A DNA stretch of 64,000 nucleotides from IMG/VR virus record IMGVR_UViG_3300045988_170943, positions 160,001 through 224,000 of that record. One strand, given 5' to 3'. Made by a program: the position numbers and the translations under genes. Every line of letters begins with the position of its first letter. Positions within the stretch are counted from its first letter, which is position 1. The DNA comes from a virus. The notes under the pieces were generated by a model. That model was not told where the DNA came from, ran no database searches, and was given only the letters and a program-made list of their open reading frames with translations. Shown in pieces: positions 27,883 to 37,842 of the stretch.

Positions 27883-30800
27883 GTGTTTACAATGAGTAAG
27901 GTTACGAAGCGGGTTGTTGGCATGGAGATCATCTCTCCAGGCAGTCCCCCTGACATTGACTCCGACTTCTCTACAGTGAGCAAGGACAGGGCATATGATT
28001 ATGTGTCTGACCTGTACGGCCATGACAACGTGTCCCATATTGTGACGTTCAATACTCTGGGCGCTAAGAGCGCGTTCAAGCGCATGTGCACGATCTACAG
28101 TGTCCCGTTTTCTCAAGCCAACCGTATCGCCGGAATGATGCCTGAGGGGGTAGAGGGCCACAAGATCACATTCAATGACATCTATGATGAGAAGTCAGAC
28201 TACTATGAGGATGCTGCCGACTTCCGTGCAGCCACCTCCGGGTCTGAGTGGCTGCCAATCATCACTGGGGCCAGGTCTATTGCGAACAAGGTGCAGGGGA
28301 CGGGAGTACATGCCTGTGGCGTGATCATCTCGAACAAGCCGTTGACTGACACGATCCCGCTGATGGTGGACAGCAAGGACGGGAAAGTCACTACCCAGTG
28401 GTCGTACCAGGAGTGTGAGGCGCTAGGCCTGATCAAGATGGACTTCCTGGGGCTGGACACGGTTGACCTGATCCAGCACACGGTCCAGTTCATTCAGAGG
28501 TCCGGTAAGGAGCCCCCGAACATGACTGAGATCATTCACGGAAAGATGGATGATGAGGACACGTACCGCCTGTTCCAACACGGCGAGACCATTGGTGTGT
28601 TCCAGTTCGGGTCAGAGATGGTGCGAGGCCTGCTGAAGCACATGAAACCAACCGAGTTCAACGACCTGGCAGCATGTACCGCTGTCGCCCGGCCGGGACC
28701 GATGGGCATGAACTCGCACACCATGTATGCGGACCGTAAGAATAACCTGGCTCCGGTTGAGCCGATCCACCCCGACTTCGTTGGGTCCCCTCTGGAGGAG
28801 ATCCTGGGCGGCACCTATGGGCTGTGCGTACCGGCGGGAACCTTGATTGAGGACTCCACAACTGGGAGGCGCGTACCTATTGAGTCGTTCCGGGAGGGAC
28901 ACTGCACGCCCTCCTGGAACCCGGACACTGGGAGTGTAGTGCACTCGCCAGTGTTCAAGGTCATCCACACTGGTATGCAGGATGTTGTCAAAGTGCGCAC
29001 ATGGGACGGCTGGAAGACAACCGTTGGTGTGGATCATGAGATGTTGACGCCTTCCGGGTTTGTGAAGGCTGGTGAACTCACTACCCATGACAGTGTTGGC
29101 GTCATCTCCCAGGGTCGCCTTAGGTGGGACCGTGTCACCGCCTTGGAGGCTGCTGGCGTCGTGGACTGTTACGACCTGGATGTGGACGACACGCACACTT
29201 ACCTTGTGGACGGTTTCGTCACCCACAACTGCGTCTACCAGGAGCAGATCATGCAGTTAGCGCAGCGGATCGCGGGCATGAGCCTCCAGGAGGGCGACAA
29301 ACTTCGCAAAGCCATGGGTAAGAAGAAGGCCGACGTTATGGCGAAGATGAAGCCGCGATTCATCCAGGGCGGAGTTGACAACGGGTACTCCGAGGAGGCC
29401 ATGAACAAACTCTGGGACATCCTGGAGCCATTCGCCAAGTACGCCTTCAATAAGTGCTTACATGGGAATACAGAAGTTCTCATCAGTCAGAATACTAAGA
29501 CGACAGTTAAGGATCTTTATCGCAGATTCAAGAATGGCGAGAAGAACATTAAGATTCTCTCCATGTTTGAGAGTGGTGACCTGCACTTTCACAACATCTC
29601 TGAGATTGTTCAGACCGGGGAAAAACCACTGTGGACAGTTGAAACTGAATCAGGCAAGACGATAAGTATCACTGAGAATCATCGCATGCTGACCACTGAT
29701 GGCTACCAAACCATCAAAAACGGTGGCATTCGGGTTGGCTCGGAACTGGTTAATGACAAGTACTGGAACAACAGGTTCAGAACAGTTCAAAGAAGACCAG
29801 CCCCTAGAAGAGGCTGGTCACATAAATCCAGTTCTTACCGTAAAGTCAAGAACATTTCTTTCAGTAGTGATGTTGACAAGGCCCTTGTTGAGAACTATCT
29901 GATTGTTCGCGGTGCCATATTTGAGACCAACAAGATAATCTCATCTCCTAACGAAGAGATCCTTGGTGCTGCTGACTTCTTTGTCAATGGCACCTACTTT
30001 GAGATGGATGGTAAAGGCCTCGGTCGCCAGTACCTCATTGACAACAAGTACGGTACCGTCCCGTTCGTCTACTTGACTCCTGAAAACTATAGAGACGAGA
30101 TTGATGCTGCCCTTATGGGTCATCATAAGAGCAGTGGTGACAAGGTGGTGTCCATCACTCCTCCAGAGGTTCTTGAGGACGGATCAGTTCTGCGTGAGAT
30201 GACGTATGACATTACAATGTCTGATGATGGTCCAGCGAACTTCATCGCCAATGGTCTAGTGTCCCACAACTCTCACAGTGTCGCCTATGCGATGAATGCC
30301 TACCAGGCTGCCTATCTGAAGACCCACTACCCGGTTGAGTTCATGTCCGCGCTGGTAGCACAGACCATCAGTGACCGGGACAAGACCCTCAACAATCTGC
30401 GTGAGGCCAGGCGTATGGGCCTGGCTATAGGGACGGTGGACATCAACCTGTCTGAGGTGCGAATGGCCCCAGACTACTCGGGTGAGTCGCCGTTCGAGAT
30501 CTTGTACGGCATCTCTGGTGTGAAGTCCGTCAGTGAGGATACCGCCCGTCTCATTGTTGCGGAGCGGGAGAGGGGCGGCAGGTTCACATCGGTCTACGAC
30601 GCTGCGACCCGGTGTGTGGCCGCTGGGGTGAACAACAAGACCGTGCTGGTGAATCTTGCCTTAGCGGGCGCGTTTGACGGCTTGGAACCGAACCGGAGGC
30701 GTGTTGTTGAGGCTATTCCCGCTCTGTTGAGTGTGGGTCGGGACGAGTCCTCCAAGGGCATGTCGCTGCTCGCTGCCTTGGATGTTCCTGGTGAGGACAT

Positions 30801-31905
30801 TTTCACAATGCCGGATGTGGAGGATTACTCGTACACGGACCGCCTGGGCATGGAGGCTGACATGGTGGGCCTGTACCTGTCTGGCCACCCGATGGATCAC
30901 GCCGACCTGTCCCCGTTCGGTGCCACCCCTTTGAAGGCTGTGGCGTCAGCGGCCAGCGGGTTCGGTTCTGGGACTGCAAGAGTGGTGGCGGCCGTGTCTG
31001 GCATCGAGATGAGGACAACTGGGCGGGGGAAGATGTGCACCCTGCATCTTGATGACGGTGACGGGTTCCTGTCTGTACGCCTGTCCCCTAAGGTGATTTC
31101 AGGGGTGGAGAAGTTCGAGGCAATGGAGGACATTAAGACCCGGTTCTGTAAGGGTGAGATGGAGGTGCCTAAGTCTACGGTCGGCAAAGCGTTGAAAGAT
31201 GTGCCTGTGGTGGAGACGATCAGGCAGAACATGGTTTATGTGATGGATGTCACCTACCGTAAGTTGTTCGGTGGCGGACAAGTGAGTGTGTGGGTTGATA
31301 GCATCCGGCCGGTGACGTTCACCCGTGACGGTGGCTTGCCGGTCAGGGTACGTATCAACGTTGACCGGCTTGGTGTGGAGCGGGCGAGGAAGGCGTATGT
31401 TGCGATTCCGCGCATTCTGGCGGAGAAAGCCCCCGGCAGTACCCCTATTATGATCGCCCACTACCGGCCGGGTGATGGTGTGGCAACATCCGAGGAGGAC
31501 AGGTGCCGGTATGCTCTGGAGGTCATGAGGCGCGAGAAGGTGACTGATGGTAGCGCTGACGACACTCACAAGAGCAAGAAGAAGAGCGGCCGCAACGGTG
31601 CGGGGGGCGGTGGCGGTAAAACGCCCTCACTGCTCGGTGACGACAACGGTCATGATGAAAGCGAGACCGAGCCCCGCGTGAAGGATCGGGTTGGTAGGCA
31701 GTGGCCCACAGAGGTTCCGGCTGAGTTCATCAAGGATAGTGAGGCGAGCGTGGAGGACATGAGATCGTTCGCGGACGCCTTGGAGTACAGGGACACTGGC
31801 CTCACCGTCGCCCCGAGTACGGATGCCAGCAGGATCCTGGAGAAGTATCTGGGGCACGAGAACTATGACTTCGGCATGTATGTGCCGGTAGTTACCTACT
31901 CCTGA
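27883..31905 (+). CDS. dnaE: DNA polymerase III alpha (DnaE-type C-family polymerase) lacking the N-terminal PHP domain and interrupted by two inteins
   Basis: The ORF starts (GTG 27883 or ATG 27892) right after in-frame stops at 27850 and 27868. The N-terminus aligns to the palm region of E. coli DnaE at about residue 380 (PDIDSDFS). Conserved HACGVIIS, KMDFLGL, ARPGP, YQEQIMQLAQ, RKAMGKKK and FNK...SHSVAYA motifs. OB-fold and a G-rich C-terminal tail. Confidence 0.85.
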   Translation: MFTMSKVTKRVVGMEIISPGSPPDIDSDFSTVSKDRAYDYVSDLYGHDNVSHIVTFNTLGAKSAFKRMCTIYSVPFSQANRIAGMMPEGVEGHKITFNDIYDEKSDYYEDAADFRAATSGSEWLPIITGARSIANKVQGTGVHACGVIISNKPLTDTIPLMVDSKDGKVTTQWSYQECEALGLIKMDFLGLDTVDLIQHTVQFIQRSGKEPPNMTEIIHGKMDDEDTYRLFQHGETIGVFQFGSEMVRGLLKHMKPTEFNDLAACTAVARPGPMGMNSHTMYADRKNNLAPVEPIHPDFVGSPLEEILGGTYGLCVPAGTLIEDSTTGRRVPIESFREGHCTPSWNPDTGSVVHSPVFKVIHTGMQDVVKVRTWDGWKTTVGVDHEMLTPSGFVKAGELTTHDSVGVISQGRLRWDRVTALEAAGVVDCYDLDVDDTHTYLVDGFVTHNCVYQEQIMQLAQRIAGMSLQEGDKLRKAMGKKKADVMAKMKPRFIQGGVDNGYSEEAMNKLWDILEPFAKYAFNKCLHGNTEVLISQNTKTTVKDLYRRFKNGEKNIKILSMFESGDLHFHNISEIVQTGEKPLWTVETESGKTISITENHRMLTTDGYQTIKNGGIRVGSELVNDKYWNNRFRTVQRRPAPRRGWSHKSSSYRKVKNISFSSDVDKALVENYLIVRGAIFETNKIISSPNEEILGAADFFVNGTYFEMDGKGLGRQYLIDNKYGTVPFVYLTPENYRDEIDAALMGHHKSSGDKVVSITPPEVLEDGSVLREMTYDITMSDDGPANFIANGLVSHNSHSVAYAMNAYQAAYLKTHYPVEFMSALVAQTISDRDKTLNNLREARRMGLAIGTVDINLSEVRMAPDYSGESPFEILYGISGVKSVSEDTARLIVAERERGGRFTSVYDAATRCVAAGVNNKTVLVNLALAGAFDGLEPNRRRVVEAIPALLSVGRDESSKGMSLLAALDVPGEDIFTMPDVEDYSYTDRLGMEADMVGLYLSGHPMDHADLSPFGATPLKAVASAASGFGSGTARVVAAVSGIEMRTTGRGKMCTLHLDDGDGFLSVRLSPKVISGVEKFEAMEDIKTRFCKGEMEVPKSTVGKALKDVPVVETIRQNMVYVMDVTYRKLFGGGQVSVWVDSIRPVTFTRDGGLPVRVRINVDRLGVERARKAYVAIPRILAEKAPGSTPIMIAHYRPGDGVATSEEDRCRYALEVMRREKVTDGSADDTHKSKKKSGRNGAGGGGGKTPSLLGDDNGHDESETEPRVKDRVGRQWPTEVPAEFIKDSEASVEDMRSFADALEYRDTGLTVAPSTDASRILEKYLGHENYDFGMYVPVVTYS
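28825..29229 (+). other. intein 1 (135-aa mini-intein) within dnaE
   Basis: Inserted between extein ...GGTYGL and CVYQEQIMQ. Begins CVPAGTLIED and ends FVTHN, followed by Cys+1. In frame. No endonuclease domain. Confidence 0.7.
29455..30270 (+). other. intein 2 (272 aa) within dnaE at FNK/SHS, with a low-GC central insert
   Basis: Inserted between extein ...AKYAFNK and SHSVAYAMNAYQ. Begins CLHGNTEVL and ends LVSHN, followed by Ser+1. 29455..29900 is conspicuously AT-rich relative to the gene. Confidence 0.65.
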
Positions 31906-32070
31906 CCGCACTCCTTCACCAGTTCACGCAAGCACCCGTGTCTCCTGTCTCGGCAGGAGCAGGGGTGAAGGTGCGCCCCGGTAGATATTCGTTGCATCAT
32001 ATTCCGCCCATGATTACGGTGGTTTCGTAGAGTCGAGGGCGCACCCGGTGGCGTCAGGAAGAGGACACTG

Positions 32071-33582
32071 ATGGCGTTCGAGAACCCATTCCTGGATGAC
32101 GACAGCCTGGACGAGGAGGACCTAGACCAGGAGTTGGGGCTCTCCTCTCCGCCCGCCAGTGACCTTGATGGCGGGTTTGGTGGTCTACCTGACCTGGGCG
32201 ACCTGTCCAGCCTGACCACGCACCCACACCATGACGCTCACCCCGAGTACAGTAGCGGCGACTACGGTGAGAGGGCTGACGGTGGGGGATACATCAGTGA
32301 GGATGCTACCAGTGATCCCGGGTACGCAGACGAGTACGAGGGTGGCGTTTACGACACTGACGGGTTTGATGGTGACGACAGTGTTGCTGGTGGTGATGGT
32401 GAGGGTTGGGACCGCGGATACCAGAACCATGAGGCAACAGGTGTTGACGGCTACGATGTTGATGAAGAGGATGCTCTAGATGGGATAGACCTGGACACCC
32501 TCATCGACCAGAAGAAGTCAGAGATCGAGCAGAAGGACTCCTCAGGATCAGCCGGTTGGGGAGGCCTCGATGGTGACGGTGACTGGGGGTTCGACGAGGA
32601 GATGCCAGAGGACGACGAGCCCTACCATGACCCCCGCCTGGATGAGGACGACGATGAGGATGAGGACTGGGGGGAGAACCTGGATGGCGAGTCAGGTGGT
32701 GACGACACGGGTGAGGAGTATGTTCCTCCTGCTGGAGACCTGTTCGGTGAGGCCACAACAGGCACCCGCAGCAACCAAGGGGACAGCAGCGATGACGACA
32801 ACAGCAATCCCAAGGCAGGTGGTGGAGACGACGGCAGCAAGACGGATGGCCTGAAAGGCATCATTGAGAGCATCAAAGCGAAGGTGACTGAGGTCGTCTC
32901 CAGTGTGCGATCCGAGTTGACTGGCAGTCCCACAGACGGCAAGAAAAACGGTGAACCCAAACCCGGCACCGAGGCCAGTACAGGAGGCGGCAGTGATGGT
33001 GAAGGCCAGGGCGGCGGCGACGCAACCGAGGTCCCGCCCAGCAAGTCCCCCATGGGTGCTGCCCTGTCGAAGGTGACCGGCCTGTACGGGAAGTTCACTG
33101 GTGTCTTTGAGCGCATGATCGCAACCCTTCTCGGTTGGGTGGGGAAGATACCGGGAATGGAGAAGCATGTGCTGCGTATCGTCATGACCACCCGCATCGT
33201 GCAGGTCACCGCCAGGCTGATCCCTGTGTTGATCATTCTTGGGGTGCTTGCCACGTTCTCCTACCTGTCGGTCGCCCGAGAGACCACCTCGGAACTGCCG
33301 GACAGTGGCTCTGTCACCATGTCCCAGTTCTCCTACAGCAATGGTGGTACCGCCCTTGGGGTCGTGAAGAACACCAGTGAGACCACAGTTGAGCCGGTCA
33401 TTAACTTCACCGTGTACTCGATTCAACCCTCCCTGAACCCGAAGACGTGGTTCATGTACCAGAAGGACCTGACCTGCCAGTCGGACCCTGTAACCCTGGA
33501 TATTGGGGAGCAGAAGGAGGCTAGTGCCCCATGCGGACAGGCCAGAGGATGGTTCCCGAGAGTCAGCAGCGCAGCAGAATGA
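32071..33582 (+). CDS. highly acidic D/E/G-rich low-complexity protein with a C-terminal TM segment
   Basis: 503 aa. D/E/G-rich over the first about 350 aa. Predicted TM helix ARLIPVLIILGVLATFSYL near the C-terminus. Confidence 0.5.
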   Translation: MAFENPFLDDDSLDEEDLDQELGLSSPPASDLDGGFGGLPDLGDLSSLTTHPHHDAHPEYSSGDYGERADGGGYISEDATSDPGYADEYEGGVYDTDGFDGDDSVAGGDGEGWDRGYQNHEATGVDGYDVDEEDALDGIDLDTLIDQKKSEIEQKDSSGSAGWGGLDGDGDWGFDEEMPEDDEPYHDPRLDEDDDEDEDWGENLDGESGGDDTGEEYVPPAGDLFGEATTGTRSNQGDSSDDDNSNPKAGGGDDGSKTDGLKGIIESIKAKVTEVVSSVRSELTGSPTDGKKNGEPKPGTEASTGGGSDGEGQGGGDATEVPPSKSPMGAALSKVTGLYGKFTGVFERMIATLLGWVGKIPGMEKHVLRIVMTTRIVQVTARLIPVLIILGVLATFSYLSVARETTSELPDSGSVTMSQFSYSNGGTALGVVKNTSETTVEPVINFTVYSIQPSLNPKTWFMYQKDLTCQSDPVTLDIGEQKEASAPCGQARGWFPRVSSAAE

Positions 33583-34388
33583 TGAAAAGAAGCAACATCA
33601 GGGTCACTCCATTACCATACAACCTGAGGGATAACAAGGGTGCTAACATGGTGCATGACGCCCTCGTGAAAGGCCAGCGCGTGTTCGGTACCCCTGGTGG
33701 TTTTATGAGCCATCAGGTGCACGACCCCAAGTACACTAGTGCTGAAGGGGCAGACACGAGTGCAGCGAGCGAGATGATGGACGCCGAGAAAGAGACCTAT
33801 GAGGTCATCGAGGAGTGGCTGAAGGATAAGCCTAACGGCGTCCACTTCTCCTCTGTGCGCCCCATGGATGAGCCTGTACCAGCACTAGACCCTGAGACCG
33901 GTCTCATCATGGGTCACGACTTCGATCACATCATCCTGTTCGGTAACGAGATGATCATTATTGACACATTCAGGTGGCCGAAGAACAAGACTTACACGGT
34001 AGACAGCGATCACAAGTCTATCCTCATGACTAAGCGTCACTTCCCCGGCAACCAGCCTATGACAGGTGAGTACATCGGTCGAATGACCAACCGTGAAGGG
34101 GGACTCCTGCCGGACGACGAGGACCTGAACTTCGTTGGCCTGGTCCTCGTGAACAACGACAAGGCGAAGTCCGTGTGGGACAAGAACTGGTATGAGTCCT
34201 ACAACTTCAGGCTCGTGGAGATCGACCGGTTCACCGAGTTGCTAGACAAGAAGTACGCCACACTAGGACCGGGAGACCTGGACGTCATCAACTCCAACAT
34301 CGTCTACCACATAGTGCAAAGGTGTGTACAGCCGTACAATGAGTTCCGGCGCGTAATCGGGGAGAAGCACCTCAGGGAGTTCATGTGA
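33579..34388 (+). CDS. NERD-domain (nuclease-related domain) protein, paralog 1
   Basis: DFDHIILFGNEMIIIDTFRWPKNKTYTV fits the NERD core (DHvvi...g.fviEvK.w.g). The start is taken at MMKRSN, overlapping the upstream stop. Confidence 0.5.
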   Translation: MMKRSNIRVTPLPYNLRDNKGANMVHDALVKGQRVFGTPGGFMSHQVHDPKYTSAEGADTSAASEMMDAEKETYEVIEEWLKDKPNGVHFSSVRPMDEPVPALDPETGLIMGHDFDHIILFGNEMIIIDTFRWPKNKTYTVDSDHKSILMTKRHFPGNQPMTGEYIGRMTNREGGLLPDDEDLNFVGLVLVNNDKAKSVWDKNWYESYNFRLVEIDRFTELLDKKYATLGPGDLDVINSNIVYHIVQRCVQPYNEFRRVIGEKHLREFM

Positions 34389-34404
34389 TCACCACCACAC
34401 AACC

Positions 34405-35184
34405 ATGACAACAGACGTTGAGATCACAGCCCCGAGCAGCAAAGTCACCGGGACCCGGCTACTCAGACACCAGGCCGTCCACCAGGCGCTCCAAGGCGGG
34501 CGCAGACACTTCGGGGTGGCGGGCGCGTCCCTCACCCACCAGATCGACAACCCAGCCATAACCTCCGACTTCAAACCTGGTGCGATCAAGGCTGGCATCT
34601 TGGGTGAGCAAAAGACCTCCAAGGTGATCCGACAGTGGATGATCAGGTACCCGGCGGCAGTACTCATCGACTCTGTACACATCAAAGACGCACCACAGAA
34701 CACGCCCGCCAGCACTGGATCCAGTGATGGGTATGATGACAAGCCAGACACCGACCATGTTCTCATCATTGGGAGCCACGTCATTCTCATCGACTCCAAG
34801 GCGTGGAAAAGTAAACGCAAGTACACGGTCAACGACAAGGGCGTTGTGCTGCGTGGCGGGAGAACCTTCCCTGGCGGAAACGTCCACGCCCGGCAAGCGG
34901 CCCACCTGTGGTCGCGTCACCTAGGTGGAAGCGTCAAGGTGAACAGCATCGTGTGTGTCAGCAGTGATAAGGTGTTCGTCCAGTTTAAGAAAGAGTGGCC
35001 CAAGCAAGGTTTCCAACTCGTGGCTTTGGACAACCTCACGCGCACTCTCGACTACAGGGTGGGCCGCATGAGCCCCAAGGACACTGGTCGGATCAGGACC
35101 CCGCTGGTGGCTGAGGTGGCGGCACTATGCATCAAGCCCTACATGAGATTTCAGGAGTTCTTCGGCCAGGATATACGCCTGTAG
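34405..35184 (+). CDS. NERD-domain protein, paralog 2
   Basis: DHVLIIGSHVILIDSKAWKSKRKYTVNDKG parallels the upstream gene. The two are co-linear paralogs. Confidence 0.5.
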   Translation: MTTDVEITAPSSKVTGTRLLRHQAVHQALQGGRRHFGVAGASLTHQIDNPAITSDFKPGAIKAGILGEQKTSKVIRQWMIRYPAAVLIDSVHIKDAPQNTPASTGSSDGYDDKPDTDHVLIIGSHVILIDSKAWKSKRKYTVNDKGVVLRGGRTFPGGNVHARQAAHLWSRHLGGSVKVNSIVCVSSDKVFVQFKKEWPKQGFQLVALDNLTRTLDYRVGRMSPKDTGRIRTPLVAEVAALCIKPYMRFQEFFGQDIRL

Positions 35185-35394
35185 GCAGACCCCCGCACCA
35201 GAGGGCGCTTCATGGCCTCTCCAGGGTGTGAAAACGTGACCGGGTACACCATCATCCATGCGGCAGCCAGATGAGCAGTTAAAAGGCTGCCGGATGGTTT
35301 CAGAGTGTACCCGGTCACGTCCCCTTGCCTAGCCCCTCAACCCGCGATAGAGTCGAGGTGACACTCAGGAAGGGAGGACTGTTGGGTCAGGACT

Positions 35395-36870
35395 TCACAG
35401 TGAGTTGATGAAGTCGTCGCCGGTCTCCATGGGAGAGGATCCGCCTCCTGATGTGGGGGCCTGGCCACTGATGATCATTGAGGCGGTCTGCACCTGACGC
35501 TTGTGGTAGGCTTCCTTGGCTGCCTCAATGTCCGCCTCGGCCTTTCTGATCCTAGCGAAGGACTCGGCGCGTTTCTGGATGCCAGCCTCCTGCTGCTTGC
35601 CCAGGGTGTCGTATACCTTCTGGAGGCTGGCGGAGATGTTGTCAATCGTACTCAGGTCGATCAGGGTTGCGCTGTTGATTTCGGCGGCCGACTCGGCCAT
35701 GGAGGCGGTCTGCTGGAAGGCGTTGGAAATCAGTTTGTTGATGTCCTGAATAATAGCCTGATTGGTTTTCGCGGAACGCTCATTATCAAGAGCCAACTGC
35801 CAGTTCACCAACTGGTGGCGGGCGGCCGGGATGGCATGCTTACGGATCATCTGACACGTTTCCAGCGTCTTCAGGCTTGTGTTGATGATCGTGGTGGAAG
35901 ACTCGATGTTCATTCGAGACAGGAAGAACTGCTGCCTCCAAGACAGCCAAGTGCGTTGAATCTCACCCAGGGCCTCAGCGTACTTCTGGTAGTAGACGCG
36001 GAACTCTTGAACCGTGTAGTACTTCCCGTCAAAGATGACTGGGGCTCCGTCGCCGTTCACCTCAGCCGCGTCCTTGATTGCACGGATCCTTTCGGCCCGC
36101 TCACTGGCGATGTTGACGACCTCCTCCAAGGCGGCGAGAACCTTCACCATATCACGCATGGTTTCTACAGTGGTCTCACGCATCAACTTGCCTCGGACAG
36201 CATTCTCGTGGAGGCGAGTCTCAGTGTCCTTCAACTTGCTGACGGCCTCCTCCATCTTCTCTGAGATGTTCATGGCGTCAATTTGCATGTCACGGCGGCG
36301 GGCCTCGAAGCGTTCCTTGCTGTCGCGGGCCTTGTTCTTCATAGCCTGGAGGAACTGGGCTATCTTACCGGGATCGTTGTACTTGTGCTGGAAGCCGTCT
36401 AGTTCGCGGATGATGTTCTTCATGATGGACTCGGCTTCGGGCACGGAGATGTCCTTCTGCTCCTCCAGTAGCCGCTTGGAGAGGGTGTCTAGTTTCTCCA
36501 TGACCTGGCGGCCGAACTCGATCCGGTAGGCGTCATCATTGATCATCATGTCGGCGATGCTGGGGGCTTTTGCCTTGATCTTCTGCTGTTGGTCCACGGG
36601 CAGGGAACCGAGGAAATTGTCTGCTGCATGTAGTTTGTTGCTGGAGGAGTTCGCGCCTTCTGGGTTCAGGGAGCCGACGACAGGTTGTGGCTTATCTGCC
36701 TTCTGTTCCTGCTGAGCCTTCATGGCCTCAACCTCAGGGTCCTTCACCTCAACGATTGTCGGTGCAGCCTCAGGCTCGTCGTCCTGGGGGATAACAATGT
36801 CATCGAAGTCCAGTGCCGCTAGTGCCGGGTCACTAGAGATGTCTGTGTTAAAGTCCGTGCTTGTGCTCAT
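35395..36870 (-). CDS. TelA-like (toxic anion resistance / YaaN-like) coiled-coil protein
   Basis: The N-terminal region LPVDQQQKIKAKAPSIADMMINDDAYRIEFGRQVMEKLDTLSKRLL follows the TelA/YaaN signature (L..eEqkKv.el...I...D..a...YG..aQ..i..fSd..L). Long coiled coil. Confidence 0.5.
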   Translation of the reverse strand: MSTSTDFNTDISSDPALAALDFDDIVIPQDDEPEAAPTIVEVKDPEVEAMKAQQEQKADKPQPVVGSLNPEGANSSSNKLHAADNFLGSLPVDQQQKIKAKAPSIADMMINDDAYRIEFGRQVMEKLDTLSKRLLEEQKDISVPEAESIMKNIIRELDGFQHKYNDPGKIAQFLQAMKNKARDSKERFEARRRDMQIDAMNISEKMEEAVSKLKDTETRLHENAVRGKLMRETTVETMRDMVKVLAALEEVVNIASERAERIRAIKDAAEVNGDGAPVIFDGKYYTVQEFRVYYQKYAEALGEIQRTWLSWRQQFFLSRMNIESSTTIINTSLKTLETCQMIRKHAIPAARHQLVNWQLALDNERSAKTNQAIIQDINKLISNAFQQTASMAESAAEINSATLIDLSTIDNISASLQKVYDTLGKQQEAGIQKRAESFARIRKAEADIEAAKEAYHKRQVQTASMIISGQAPTSGGGSSPMETGDDFINSL

Positions 36871-36981
36871 AGTTCTTTTCCTTTGTGCTGCTCGTCTAGA
36901 GTATGGGTTGACTTATTTTAATCTAAGGGCGTGCTGATTGTGGACCTGTGCCCCTTCGAGAGGAGGCTCTGAGGATTGGGT

Positions 36982-37707
36982 TTACATGGTAGCGGCCTGA
37001 GTGCGAGCCTCCGTCTCGATCTCAGTGGGCCATGGGGTCAGTTCCTCTACGTCCGTGGCGGGGCCGAGACTGAGGATGTCGCTGTCGTCGATTTGCTCGA
37101 TCTTGCTGTCCTCGGTGTCGCGGACGAGTGTGTCGAGGACCCTCATGTTGAAGTTGATCTCTGTGGACTCTGAGTTCTTGAAGGAGATCGTGTCCCTCTT
37201 GACTCTGGCGATCATATTGTCGATAGTCTGCTGCATACGGGCGACGTCTTTCTCTGGTTCCTTGTACTTCTTCTTAGTGTCGAAGTCGAGGATCCTTGCC
37301 ACGTACTGCCCCTTGTCCAGGTGAGGGTTCAGCATCTTCAGGGCGTTCGTGTAGAACCGGTAGATGACTGCCCTGTCCCCACTGTCCAGGGATGTCTTGG
37401 CCTGTTCGTTCATGAGGCTCAGGGCCTCACCAAGTTCGTTGATCTGCTGGGCAGCCTTCCTGATGTCCTGATTTCCCTGGTACTGCTCATTCTTCGCCAT
37501 GTCCCGGTAGATGATCTTCAGATCGTAGACAGCATTGTAGAAATCTGTCCGAGCCTCTTCCACCCACTCCTTCATCTTGTCCGGCTCCGCATCAGTATCC
37601 TCGGTTAAAACCTCGTCATCGTCCTTACCTTCGGAGAAGGCTGCCACGATCAAACCCACGAAGAAAAGGACAGCAGTGGTTACAGCCGCACCTGTGAGTA
37701 CGCTCAT
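36982..37707 (-). CDS. membrane protein, possible XpaC-like partner of TelA
   Basis: Start at MSVLTGAAV (RBS GGAAGGGG 6 nt upstream). N-terminal TM helix and acidic linker. Sits immediately upstream of the TelA-like gene, as in the xpaC-yaaN pair. The family call is an inference. Confidence 0.35.
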   Translation of the reverse strand: MSVLTGAAVTTAVLFFVGLIVAAFSEGKDDDEVLTEDTDAEPDKMKEWVEEARTDFYNAVYDLKIIYRDMAKNEQYQGNQDIRKAAQQINELGEALSLMNEQAKTSLDSGDRAVIYRFYTNALKMLNPHLDKGQYVARILDFDTKKKYKEPEKDVARMQQTIDNMIARVKRDTISFKNSESTEINFNMRVLDTLVRDTEDSKIEQIDDSDILSLGPATDVEELTPWPTEIETEARTQAATM

Positions 37708-37842
37708 TTCTTCACCCCTTCCAAGATTCTCTTCCCATGTCTCAGCGCCTCTACCCAGTTCATGTGACCTGGGGGACACTATCTTTCTGCGCGTAATTGT
37801 AGCATCCGCCACATCGTAATGTCAAGCACCACACCCTCCCTT

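Noticed and set aside
32071-32900. Possible DNA tandem repeat in the acidic protein gene
   Set aside because: The repetition is codon-level (GAC/GAG/GAT runs encoding D/E) without a consistent period. It reflects low-complexity coding sequence, not a repeat element.
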